Source: Octopus bimaculoides (lineage: Eukaryota). Taken from it: DNA of 64,000 nucleotides. Below, one piece after another: positions 12,737 through 27,069 of the stretch. The stretch spans positions 85,643,787 to 85,707,786 of the forward strand of contig NC_068985.1 in NCBI RefSeq assembly GCF_001194135.2, in the 5' to 3' direction. The notes beneath the pieces are model-generated. The model saw only the letters and a program-made list of their open reading frames with translations. It ran no database searches and had not been told where the DNA came from. Made by a program: the position numbers and the translations under genes. Positions within the stretch are counted from its first letter, which is position 1, and each line of letters starts with the position of its first letter.

Positions 12737-12774
<38 letters not shown>

Positions 12775-13939
12775 CAAAAAAACCACCTTGACTAAGCACA
12801 CACACACACACACACACAATTACCAAAAATGGCTGGAAATACAGAAACATCCAAAGCTACACACACCCAATCACAGTTACATAACGCATGCAATTGGAAC
12901 TATGTATAAACACACACAACCATAACTACACACACACACACACACAGAGAACCACAACTACATGCGCAGACATATCTGCATACAAATAAACAACTGTGTG
13001 GGTATATGCACACTGTCTCCTAGCATGTGCACGTGCACACGTGTGTGTGTGTGTGTGTGTGAGTGAGTGTGTGAGATATGTAAATACAGCACGAAAAAAA
13101 AACACATGTATTTTCAAAATTTCAGAACAAAACAAATTGATGACAAATTTAAAGAAAATAATACAAAAGAGAAAAAAAAAGGTTTAAAACTGTTTATTGT
13201 TGGGATTATAACTAAAATATTGATAGAGAAGAGGGTAACAGGGGATTAAGGTTAGGGTGGTGTCTTTAACATATTACCTGGTTTAATACCACAATGGGTG
13301 GTGGTCCTGCCATGCTGTAGCTTCCTGAGTCAGTGACATAATCTATATAAGGCTGACCAACCTGCTAAAAACGAACCTCAAACCACCATCTTAAGAAAAG
13401 AAGGCTACATTAGTTCAATGTAACATTGGATATACTTGTCAAAGAAATGGTCATGGCAGGAATATACTTGCTCAGCAGCACCTCCGACAGCTGGTCATTG
13501 GTAGAGTTCACCCAGTTACAAGCATCTGGAGTAGATCCCACCTGAATTCCTTTCCTACCCTCATTCATCTGCTAGATATTAAATTACATTCACCTCACCT
13601 GTGTCACATGGACTGTGGAGATAGTGGGAGGGTACTGCAACTGTCGTGTGTGCGTGTGAGAGAGAGCAGTTTCAAGGTGTGAGTCAAAGCTTCTGTTGTT
13701 AATATTTTGGTCAATAATGTAAAAATTCTCATATTGACTGTGTGGTAGATGCAGTATGGTAGGAAAACCACCTGAACATCTCTCATCAGATGCTCAGGTG
13801 GTAGTCCTACATAGGAAACATCCATGATGGGTGTGTCCTATCTGCCAACAAAACAACTCATGTGGAGATGAGTCAAACTGTTATTGAATATATTCTAACC
13901 AAAAGCATTCAACGCTAATTTGTTTCACCTGTTCACTCA

Positions 13940-14073
<134 letters not shown>

Positions 14074-14736
14074 CCAAAATTTTGGATAATACTCTTACTC
14101 TACTGACAGGATATACGAGTACATCTTTTCCCTGACTTATGGTCTTCTAGCGTGAGAAATCAGATCTTTTTTTTTATTTAGTTGTTTCATTCATTGGACT
14201 GTGGCCATACAAGGTCATTGCCTTCAGGGGTTTCGTCAAACTAATCAACTCCAGTTAAATAAGCATGGCGTTTATTCTATTGGTCTCTTTTGATGGACAA
14301 CTAAGTTATGGGGATGAAAACAAAACAACACCAGTTGCCAGATCCACTCACAAGACTTCAGTTAGAGTGAGGCTAGGTACATGCTCCAGGTGCCATGCAG
14401 TGGGGTTGAACCCAGAACTATGTGCTTGGGAAACAAACTTCTTACCATACAGCTGTACCTATCTGTCTATTTATCTATCTATCTGTCTGTCTATATATGT
14501 GCATATACTTATTCACACATGCACACACGCACTCACACACACATCATTAAACTAAGATTTTGGTCACTAATTGAGTCTCATGATCTGTGGTATTTCTAGA
14601 ATAATTTGAATGATGAATGATGATTGCAGACAGTGAAACTTGAGTAAAGACTAAAAATTCACTTTACATAAATCTATAAATAAATGATGGAATGTATTGA
14701 GTGCTGGCTTTTACTTTCATTAACAAACTATACATA

Positions 14737-14805
<69 letters not shown>

Positions 14806-15289
14806 TTATCTGTGTGTGTGTGTGTGTATTATATGCATACATTGTTTCCCCGAGAAAGGTAGAACTAGGAAGCATCGTTCTACAGGCATCATCCATGTTT
14901 AGATTATCAAGAAATTCTCCATAGCTTATGTGTTTATTGACAAGTGTTTTAGTTTTGCATTGGAAAAGAATTTTAGCTCAATTCCCATTCTTCTTCCTCC
15001 TCTCTTGATTCTATTGATGGAGTGAAATGATGAAGAATAAACATATATAGAGCGATAAAAAAAACCAAACTTAAACACTGTGGGGCAGAGAAATACTAAA
15101 TGACTGACTTAACATGTGTGGGTGGGGAGTGGTGTGATTGAGGAATTGTTAGGCATTTCCAGGGAAAACATAATTCTGTGTTCAGTTTTGGTGTGAAGTC
15201 TGAGGATCTTTAGATTTATTTATTCTTGAAGTAAATGGTATGATGGTCCAGAAAAGGATGATGGTGCTTTTGGTTTCCCACCATTAAGT

Positions 15290-15366
<77 letters not shown>

Positions 15367-16189
15367 TATGTCTCAGCTTAAAGGTAAGCCATACAAATCT
15401 GTAATGTTTACAAATGAAGGAAGTAAAGAAATCTGTGGAGGATTAACTATGAACAGAGCAACTGAGTAGTAGTAAGAGGAGAATGAGGAGAAAGTTGGTA
15501 GTTAGGGTCCAAGTGTTAGGGGCCACAGCATTTTGTCTGGCTTATCCTAGTTTTAATTAAGGTGGATCCACTGAGGACCCTTACAGAACACTGGACTAAA
15601 GTCTTTACAACACTTTTTACTGTCCAAGGTCTTAGTTCAAATTCCACTGGAATTGTCTTCAGCACCAATTCTTTAAAGTTAGCAACAAGGAGGAGTGAGG
15701 CTTTCCAGGAACCTTCTCAAGACCCTTCTGATAATACAACACAATCTGTATTGATTTAGTTATCTTGTATTTCTTCTTCAATATTTATGAGTCAAACTAG
15801 AGAGCTCTGTGTGAGCATTTGACCTGCTAGAAATAACAATCAAGTCTCCCTCAAACCATATTGTTTGATCTTAAATGTAGTCCCTGATAAAAAAAAGATG
15901 AATGTTTATAACACCAGGCTGTTTTGATCAGAGTTGGCTTGGGACAAAGTCACATCAATGTTTATTTATATATTTATATGCAAATGAGTAACAAAGATCT
16001 ACAGGTGTCAATTCCTTACAGCTGTTTCAAGTGGCATACATACATATATACAAAGATATCCTGTTGATGTTGAAATTCCAACGAAGGAGCCTTGGATCTG
16101 GGTTAGAAACCGACTCTTTCTCTATTGGCAAGAAATCTTGAAATAAACTGAATAATCACACACACACACACACACAACTGGCATTCAAT

Positions 16190-16490
16190 CAACTATAACA
16201 ACAAGTGTTCCAGTTGATCTGATTAATGAAACAGCCTACTTGTAAAATTAGCATGCAAGTGGCTGAGTACTCCACAGACATGTGTACCCTCAATGTAATT
16301 CTCAGGGAGATTCAATATGACTCAGAGTGTGACAAGGCTGATCCTTTGATTTACAGGTACAACTTATTTTTGCCAGGTGAGTGGACTGGTGCAACATGAA
16401 ATAAAGTGCCTTGCTTAAGGGTACAATGTACTACCAGGGATTGAGTTCATGATCTCATGATCCTGAGACAAATATCCTAAGCACTGAGTC
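16190..16490 (-). mobile_element. tRNA-headed SINE family F; partial copy ~28010-28130(+)
   Basis: The minus strand starts GACTCAGTGCTTAGG...GAACTCAATCCCTGG (A/B-box-like) and contains GGGTACACATGTCTGTGG...CAGCCACTT, also seen at ~28070-28105. Confidence 0.6.
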
Positions 16491-17962
16491 ACATGTATAC
16501 ATATACACCTGGGTGGCTCAATTAGCAGTGGAGAGGTATGTTCCAAAAAAAGTGTAGTTCTTAGAATTAGAATAGAAAGGAGAAAATGCAGAGAGGTTTT
16601 ACTTCTGTTGCCAAGCAGAGGTCTTTCAGTCTGCGAAAGGAAGATTGTATGGTCCATGTATATATATATGAACAGCAATGCTATGGGATAGGGAGATGTG
16701 GACCCTAAACGCAAACAATAGACTAGAAAGGAAAGAACCTAGTGTGCACAAAACAGCAAAATAGCCCTACGATTTATATAAGATGCAGTCATATCACCCT
16801 CCTCCATCACGGAAAAAATTGATATAGCGATGATGATGATACACACACACACACACATGTATGTGAGTGTGTGTGTACAGTCTTCTTTGTTCCAACATTT
16901 TCTTCATACAAAACTCCAGTGTACTTAATACCAAACTGTGTTAGAAATATTCAGATTATGATGTAATCATCCATTAACAAACAGTTATTTCCTCTCCTAC
17001 AGAATGGTTTCTCATGGGACCAACTTCGTGCTCACAAAACTGTTCCTTAGTGAATTTCATCGGGGATCATGTTTCACTATAAAAGTTAATTACAGGAACA
17101 TTTTAGTCTGGAAAGTAACTAATTCATTTTACACACAACTAGAAATCCACAACTGACCATACACCCATCGTCTATTTATGCATCAAACAAAACCCTTACT
17201 GCTCTATTCATATCTCAAAATGTCTGTCTGTTTATTAGGGGTTCTCTGTTGCTACCCCCAGACACACGAACATTTAGCTATCACCTTTCAGCATCGTTTT
17301 CTTTAAGATACAACAAGATGTAATCTGTAATATAAGTATACATACATACATGTGTGCATGTGTCCGTGTGTCTGTGTGTGCGTGCATGCACGTGTGTGTG
17401 TATGTGTGTGTGTGTATGTGTATATATGTGTGTTAGTGCGTATATGTCAGTGTGTGTGTGTATATGTGTGGGTGTGTCTATGTATACTAACACACACACA
17501 CACACATACTTCAGTTTATATATTTTAGGAGAAAGTCATCATAAGAGAAGAGAATATTCTTCCTTGTCTCCAAACTGTCAAGCGATGTAACATTGATCCT
17601 GCCCCCCTGTACAAGTAGAGGGATCCCTTGGAATCCCTGAGTAAATGTGGGATGGACTGAGACCAAGGGTTTAACGAATGGTGTGGAGTGAGTGTATATG
17701 TGGTGGTGGTGGTGGTGGGGATGTGCTAGATACATTGGTCGGTTACAGGAATAATAAGAAACTCAACTAAAAATAAATGAATTTCATTGTCAGCTGGTTT
17801 CCGTGATACGAGAGGGACTTGGGAATCACTGTTGCACTTTCTCTACATACATACACATATGCATCTACATAAATGTACAAATGTAAGTATACATATACAA
17901 ACATACTTATACACACACACACAAACACATGCATACACACACACACATATAAATACATACTC

Positions 17963-18033
<71 letters not shown>

Positions 18034-18051
18034 CAGATAGACTGATGAATA

Positions 18052-18125
18052 CATATAAATGTATATACATATATATGTATATACATATATATGTATATAC
18101 ATATATATGTATATACATATATATG
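18052..18125. repeat. 16-bp palindromic minisatellite (ATATACATATATATGT)n
   Basis: About four tandem units; the array is self-complementary. Confidence 0.85.
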
Positions 18126-18790
18126 TAGTGTAATATATGGATTCATAAGAATCGTGTAACTATCACAGAAAGCTCCTCTGATGGACTTGGATAACAGACA
18201 ACTTAGTAATCCAATACTGAGGAGTATAATGCAGAGTCCCAAGCAGCAGAAATCCAGCTGAAATACTTTGCATTTCAAATATATGGAACTCTAATACACA
18301 CACATGCACACATAAATACATATATATATATCGAGAGGGCGGAACACACATGACAATCTTCTTTTAGCTTCCATCTATCAAATTCACTCATGAGGTAATG
18401 CTTAGTGAAATAAGTTAAAGACACTTGTTCAGCTTGGATTGAACCTAGAGCCATGAGATTTGGGAGGGAATTTCTTTTAACTCCACAACTATCATAGCAT
18501 CTATAGCATATATATATATATATATACATGTATATGTATGTACAAGTTTGGTGATATAGATAAAAAATAGAACTCAAAGAATGGATAAATATATGTTTCT
18601 AATAGATAGATAAATAGGCATATATGTGCACGCACACACATATGAATAGATATGTGTGCGTTTGTGTGTCTATATATGTGTCTACACACACACACATATA
18701 TATATATATCTGGCTTGCCAGTCCTCAGTCAAACTGTTCAACCCATGCCAGCATGAAAAGTGGACACATGATGATGAAGATACATACATA

Positions 18791-18889
<99 letters not shown>

Positions 18890-19374
18890 TTTGTTGTGTC
18901 TGGGGGAGTCATAGTGCCTTTACATATAGATATATATATATACACATCTATAGTACATACACGTGTGCTCATGCACACACACATATATACATATTTATAT
19001 GCATGTGTGTCTGTATGGGTGTGTGTGTGTGTTTGTGTCTTTTTGTTTTGGCATCCTGTGATGAGAATTGTGAATAAGGGTCATCGTGATGCAAACAGTG
19101 TCATATGTCACTAATACCCCGTGAAAATCATGTCCGGCCATGGGGAAGCATCATCTTGCTTGGAAACAGGCAAGGGTTGGTGAAAGGAAAGTCATCCAGC
19201 CACGGAAAAATCTGATGCAATCAATCACAAAGCACGGAAAAGAGGATGTGGAATTATACAGACACACACACACACACTCACACATACACGCACGCACACA
19301 CACAGACACATACGAAATATGTATGTATATGTGTGCGTTGTGTGTGTATATATATATCTATCTATCATCATAAT

Positions 19375-19440
<66 letters not shown>

Positions 19441-19509
19441 CATATATACATAGATACATATATATATATGCAAATTATATAAATATATTTTACATCTGTC
19501 CACTTCTAT

Positions 19510-19860
19510 ACCTACTCAGACTTGGTACCAAAAATTCTGCTCTCACTATCTAGAGTAGGGACCAAGTGCTGTGAGAGCTTTGTTTCAAGACCCCCCACAT
19601 GATTTCCTGACTCTACTCAACAACCTCAGAGATGTGTGAGGTGGACGTGAGGTGGACGTGCTCAAAGAACATTTAAACAAATATGAATCTGATGAACCCA
19701 CATCGGAGCAGGAAACATAAAGAGCTGCTCTGTCTATCTTGCTATTTCATAAGAAACCGTTAAAAGGAGAGGACATGGAAGTGAGTGAGAAATCACACTT
19801 AAGGGTATGCCTCCGCATGGCCACAGCCTTTATCTGAAACCAGTCAATGTGAAACTAAAA
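19510..19860 (+). mobile_element. CR1/L2-like LINE 3' end relic
   Basis: LVPKILLSLSRVGTKCCESF...NNLRDV...VDVLKEHLNKY.SDEPTSEQET*RAA resembles the GPQLFNxLP..LRDL...FKxxLDxxL..VPDEP...RAAxSNSL C-terminus. A GC-richer 3' UTR follows at ~19800-19850. Confidence 0.55.
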
Positions 19861-20413
19861 ATGGATACATACATGTATATCTATCGATCGAAAAAGGACG
19901 AAAGGCCCTTCTGGAACCATGGGCTCATACTACTGGTTTACTGGATTCTGTGGTACATATATTCCCCCTGAATAGGCTGCCTGTCCTTCACAGGATTACT
20001 TATCTTTTAGCCAATTGAGTGAACTGGAACAATGTGAAATGGAAATGAAGTGATTTGCTCAAGAACACAACACATAACTCAGTCTAGGAATTGAAATCGT
20101 AATCTTGAAATCTCCACTCTCTCTCACTACTCTCTCTCTCTCTGCATATATATATATATAAATAATCATATATGTATGCATACACATTTGTGCACAAAAT
20201 CAGTTGCACACATTTTACAGTGTGTGTGTTTATGTATACAATCATATAAACACATGGATCTATAGGAACATGTATGTATACATGTGTGTGTATGCATATG
20301 TAGACATATATATATACATATATATGTGTATGTATATATATATACATATGTATGCATATATATGTATGTGTGTATATATATAGACATATATATATATATG
20401 TATATATATGAAT

Positions 20414-20455
<42 letters not shown>

Positions 20456-20501
20456 ACACACACATATACACACAAATACATCCATACATATATATATAAA
20501 T

Positions 20502-20544
<43 letters not shown>

Positions 20545-21579
20545 GATAGATAGATGGATAGACAGATAGATAGATGGATATATTGTAGGTAGTTATAGTT
20601 TATCATGTACTGCTGTCACTCAAAAGTTTCAGTAATTCTACCTTCAAACACGATGATGATGATGATGGTGGTGATGATGATGATAATAATAATGATAATG
20701 ATGATGATGATGAAGAGATGATGACAACCACACCACAAACAACAATGATTACAATGATAAATACTTGTTGAATTCTTCGACAAAGTGATTGTGTTAAAAG
20801 CTTTACTGTCTTTATGGAAAGAATTTGGAAGAGTGAGGACTCTTTAAGTCAGTCTTCACACACTGACAGCAGCTGAATCGTACATTTTGGGTATTACTGT
20901 GTATAACGGTTTGTCTGTCTTTCTGTCTGCCTGCCTGCCCGCCTCTCTGTCTATCTGTCTGTCTGTCTATATGTATATATATATAATATATATATAATAT
21001 ATATANNNNNNNNNNNNNNNNNNNNNNNNNNNNNNNNNNNNNNNNNNNNNNNNNNNNNNNNNNNNNNNNNNNNNNNNNNNNNNNNNNNNNNNNNNNNNNN
21101 NNNNNNNNNNNNNNNNNNNNNNNNNNNNNNNNNNNNNNNNNNNNNNNNNNNNNNNNNNNNNNNNNNNNNNNNNNNNNNNNNNNNNNNNNNNNNNNNNNNN
21201 NNNNNNNNNNNNNNNNNNNNNNNNNNNNNNNNNNNNNNNNNNNNNNNNNNNNNNNNNNNNNNNNNNNNNNNNNNNNNNNNNNNTATATATATATATACAT
21301 ATATATATACACACATATACTTATATATATGCACGTATGTGTGTGCATTTATGTGTGCGCCTGTATGTGAGTGCTTTAACAAATGCACCGATCTGTAAGT
21401 AGGGAAAAAAAGAACCTTTCTCGCTCTGTGTCTGTGTGTCTGTGTGTATATATTTACTCACAGTTTTATTTGCCTCTCTCTATACCTGATCTATGGAGTT
21501 TTCTCACATTTCTGTTTTTATATGCGCATATTTATATACAAGTGTGAGTGTGTTCATATACACACACACACGCTCACAG

Positions 21580-21610
<31 letters not shown>

Positions 21611-21714
21611 CACACACACACACATGTTTGTGTATGTGTGTGTGAGTGTAATAATATTATTGTTTGTGTTTATGAGATAAACTAAAATTTATATTTCCTG
21701 CATTTGTGTACATG

Positions 21715-21760
<46 letters not shown>

Positions 21761-22329
21761 ATACACACTCATACACATTAAACACATGTACATCTATGTA
21801 TGTAAGCACAAGCAGAAACATATACCTACGTACACATGCATGACACGCATGAGCTAATCTGTTTGCCGACGTGTGTGTGTGTGTGTGTGTGGTTTGTTAC
21901 ATCACATTTGTATGTAGCGAAGGTGATAGTTTTCTAATTATATTAAGTCATATAATTTCTATTCAAGTCCATGCACACACACACACACACACCACACACA
22001 CACACGTAAAAGCTGACATGTACGCATATTTATGCTCACTCATGCATACAGGCTTTAACTTTCATACTAATGCATGCCAGTAAATACTGTGTACTCATAC
22101 GCAAATATGTGTGTTTGTGTGTGTATGTATGTACACACACACACACACACACGTGCACACACCCTCACACACAGATATATAATTACTTATACACTCATTT
22201 AAATGCATTCTCTTTATGTAAAGAAACAGACATGAACAATAAATGTTGATCAGAGGCAAAGAATGATAGTCACAGCCACCAAACATAATTGCAAAAGGTA
22301 CACGGAAAATACATACGTAAGACATACAG

Positions 22330-22661
22330 ACAGATAAGTTCATAGATAGCTGTGAGATTGGTTGTGAGAAAAATAGACAGACAGATGATAGTGATGGACA
22401 GATAGGTATGTGAGTGTTATATCTATAAAGTGGACAGAAAGATGGCTAAATTGACAGCCAGATGATTATGAATTGATAGATGGACATAGACAGAGAGACT
22501 AGTGGATAGATGATAGATAGGTAATTTTAAATAGGTAGACAAACAGATAGGTAGACAGACCGAGACAGAGAGAAAGATGGATAGTTAGATAGATTGATAG
22601 AGATAGAGACAGAGAGATAGATAGATACATATGTAGACTGAGAGAAAGATAGGTAGGTAGG

Positions 22662-22716
<55 letters not shown>

Positions 22717-23370
22717 GTAGATAGCTAGACAGACAGATAGACAGACAGACAGACAGATAGATAGACAGATAGATAGATAGACAGATAGACAGATAGACAG
22801 ATAGATAGATAGATAGGATAGAGAGTAAGCTAGGTAGAGGGAAAGCTAGATGCAGTTAGATAGGAAGTGAAGCTATATATCATGTGGGATAGATAGATAA
22901 GTAAATAAATATATATATCTCTATACATATATATCTATATCTATATATATAAGAGAGAGAGGAAAAGAGAGAGATGGCTGGGTGGATGGCTGGGTGGGTG
23001 GGTGCCTATGCATTTATTGACGGGCTGATAAATTATCAGAGATGAATGGATGGACAGATAGACAAGAAGATAAACAAATAAACTGATCAGTGGCTGATTA
23101 GATAGATTGATATATGGAGAGATAGAAAGAAAATGGGAGAGAAAGGGCCATTGCTAGATGAATAGGTAGATGGAGGGGTGTGTGTTAGATAGATCTACGG
23201 TCAAACAGACAGACAGACAGAGAAAACACTGGAGTTAATTGGACAGAAAGTTTAAGAGAAGAATGGATAGACCAATAGATCTCTGTTTAGATTAATAGTG
23301 ATAGGGAAAGAGACAGATGAATGGATAGATAGATAGATAACGAGAGTGATAGACAGAGACAGAAAGATTG
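22330..23370 (+). repeat. Compound (GATA)n/(GACA)n purine-rich satellite-like tract
   Basis: About 1 kb of degenerate GATA/GACA/GGTA tetramers, with a pure core at ~22665-22815. Confidence 0.9.
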
Positions 23371-24307
23371 ATGAATAATGAATCAAATTAGTAACTAATT
23401 ATATTATCCAATACTTAAATATTTTTCATGATACATATTTATTTTTTTATGAACAACTATTACCCCTTCTCTACTTCCGCTGGCCATCTCCTCTCCACCA
23501 TCTCCCTCTTTGTAGGAAACAACAGCTGATAAAAAAAAAAATCCTAAAACACTAAGTGAGGCATTAAAGAAGAGAGACAGATATATGGATGGAAAAAATA
23601 TAGACCAAAGGATGGATAGACAGATAGATAGATAGATAGATAGCTTCGTAGATAGACAAATAGAAAGAGAGGGATAGGGTGGGAGTAAGATTCCCTAAAT
23701 GATAACAAGTACTCAGCGAATCTGATGTAAAGAGAGACTGAAAGAATAAAAGAGTGAAAGTAATGGTAAAAATGGTCTGAAAGTGGAAGGAAGAAAAAGG
23801 ATGGTGGGAGTGAGAGAGGAAAATAGACTGTTGCATTTACCAAATTCTTCAAGGAAGGAAGACAGACAGAAAGAAATACTTCAACAAAAAAGAAATTAGA
23901 TATGGAAATGGAAGAGAAAACTTGCAGTGAAACGGTTCGTTTTTAGATGAAAACTCACAAAGTTACAAACAGGTATGGACTTACCTTAAATTCTAGTAGA
24001 CAACATTCCAAGAATAAATTTTATCTTTTTTAAATTTTAGCCAAACAATTGGAACCAGTTAGAGTATTTGTAATAAAAGTAGTAGTCTTACTTCTTTGAC
24101 AAGATAACAAAAGTTCATCTTTATAAAAAAATAGAATGCTGCCAAACAAGTGAAATAATAATTTTCTCAAGGTTTTCATGGAATTTTTTTTCTTCTCTTT
24201 GCTGTAGAAATATATAAATATGCGTGCATGTGTGTATATATGTAAGTATATATGCATATACATATATGTGTGTGTATGTGTGTCTATATATATATATGTA
24301 TTTTATA

Positions 24308-24360
<53 letters not shown>

Positions 24361-25423
24361 ATATATGTATATGTGTATATATATATAAGTATATATATAT
24401 ATATTGTATATATGTATGATATATATATGTATATATATATATATATTGTATATATTTACATATATATATTCATGTATGTATATATATCTCTGTGTACATG
24501 TTATATAAATATATATGCATATTATTTATATATATGTGTCTGTGTTTGTATGTGTGTATATGTACATATATTGGTGGAGAACACTATTTTTTGTTACTGA
24601 TACATACCAAATATATATTTATGTATGTATGCATGCGTGTATGTGTACCTGCATACATATATATATATGTGTGTGTATATATATATGTGTGTATGTATAT
24701 ATATATGTGTGTGTATGTATATATACACACAAAAAATATGATCTTTTTTTTTTTGTTTCAAAGGAGCACTTGTTTCTTCTNNNNNNNNNNNNNNNNNNNN
24801 NNNNNNNNNNNNNNNNNNNNNNNNNNNNNNNNNNNNNNNNNNNNNNNNNNNNNNNNNNNNNNNNNNNNNNNNNNNNNNNNNNNNNNNNNNNNNNNNNNNN
24901 NNNNNNNNNNNNNNNNNNNNNNNNNNNNNNNNNNNNNNNNNNNNNNNNNNNNNNNNNNNNNNNNNNNNNNNNNNNNNNNNNNNNNNNNNNNNNNNNNNNN
25001 NNNNNNNNNNNNNNNNNNNNNNNNNNNNNNNNNNNNNNNNNNNNNNNNNNNNNNNNNNNNNNNNNNNNNNNNNNNNNNNNNNNNNNNNNNNNNNNNNNNN
25101 NNNNNNNNNNNNNNNNNNNNNNNNNNNNNNNNNNNNNNNNNNNNNNNNNNCCTGTGAAGGAGGAGGAGGAGGACGACGAGGAAGAAGAGAAGGGAAGAAA
25201 GAAAGAGAAAAAAGGGGAGGAGACTGTGAAGATGAGGGCGAGGTGGGTGAACGAAAGGGGATAAAGGGAAAAGGAAAGGAGAGAATGAGAGAGGAAATGA
25301 TAAAGAGAGAAAGATGGAAGAAGAGAAGGAGTGACAGATAGATAGATAGATAGGCAGAGAGAGACAGAGAAATAGAGAACATTCATGTATGTATCTATTT
25401 ACGTGCGCGCGTGAGTGTGTGTG

Positions 25424-25454
<31 letters not shown>

Positions 25455-25679
25455 GGAAGATTGCAAGAGAGAGAAAGAAGGAACAGACTGAAAGATTAAT
25501 GGGTTGAAATGAATAAAGAAATAAATAGATTAGTAAATACTATCTTTCTATCTATCTATGTTTTTGATAAAGATTAATAGATAGATAACTGTAAAGGTAG
25601 ATGAATTAGTAAATATCTATATCTATAGCTATCTATATATTTATCTATCTATCTATCTATAGCTATCTATCTATCTATG

Positions 25680-25743
<64 letters not shown>

Positions 25744-25784
25744 CATATATATATACAAATAGATAGACACACAGACAGACAGAG

Positions 25785-25815
<31 letters not shown>

Positions 25816-26858
25816 AAGACAGAGTGCTAGTTTGTGAGATAAATCAATAGAAAGGTGTGTAAGATATATAGACAAAAAGAAGTAGAGAGAAAGTATGAGC
25901 GAGAGAGGCTGGAATTGGTTAATGCTGAATCTGGGAGTGAATAGAGGAGGAAGCTGAAGCATAAAGTGTGGCAGCAGCAACGTTAGTAGTAGTAGTAGTA
26001 GTAGTAGTTATTGAGATATCAGACTCTATAGCAGCAGTTGTAGTAGTAGTAGTAGTAGTAGCTGGCAGTAGAGAAAAAGTAGGAAGACTATTTCAGTGAG
26101 ACCACCACCCCNNNNNNNNNNNNNNNNNNNNNNNNNNNNNNNNNNNNNNNNNNNNNNNNNNNNNNNNNNNNNNNNNNNNNNNNNNNNNNNNNNNNNNNNN
26201 NNNNNNNNNNNNNNNNNNNNNNNNNNNNNNNNNNNNNNNNNNNNNNNNNNNNCCCCCCTCCCATCATCTTAATCAATGTCATCATCCGCATCTATATCAA
26301 CGTCATCTGTCACCACCACCAACTGTTACCTGTAATCAGCCTCACCGTCTTCATCACAGCCACCAACAGTATTGTCATCATGATCATTATTTGTCATTGT
26401 AACCACCATCACCATCATCATCATCATCTAACCAATGAGGGAGCCACTATGTGGTTCTTAAGCCTGCTAGAAATAGCAACTAAATCCCCTTTCAATCATA
26501 CCCAGCCATCTGAAATGAAGACGGACACATTGAATAAATGAGATACAAAAAGACAAAAAGGTTACAGCTGGAATGGCTTTGATCATAGCAAATACTCATT
26601 TTGAGCTAGCCTAGGGCTAAACATCATTATCACTGCCACCACTACTGTCGTTAACACAATCATCATCATCATCATCATCATCACCATCATGAATGAGAGA
26701 GTATCTCCAGGGTAGACCTGCTCTTAAACAACACCCATCATCATCAGCATCATCACAAGCTAATGAAAAAGCTACATGTTAGAAATAGCAGCTAAATCTT
26801 CTTTAAATCACAATCTACTCTCTTAGAGAAAAGGGTCGATTGGATGAAAGCCTGGAGA

Positions 26859-26900
<42 letters not shown>

Positions 26901-27034
26901 TGTACATTAAGAATTAAGATAGAAGGTAGATGAGTAGGGAAGAGAAGGGCTGATGGTAGAGCGATTAGAATACAAATGGTGGTGGTGGTGGTGGTAATTG
27001 TTACAGTATTGATGGTAGAGAGAGAGAGAGAGAG

Positions 27035-27069
<35 letters not shown>

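Noticed and set aside
15024-15105. C/D box snoRNA-like ATGATGA...CTGA
   Set aside because: The terminal stem is weak, there is no recognisable rRNA complementarity, and such boxes are frequent by chance here.
16045-16130. Possible hammerhead variant in a dispersed repeat
   Set aside because: The core deviates (CTGTTGA or CCAACGA) and there is no UH after a plausible stem III.
23984-24201. Minus-strand exon with acceptor TTTCTACAG and donor AAG|GTAAGT
   Set aside because: All three frames stop before that donor. A shorter version is possible but unsupported.
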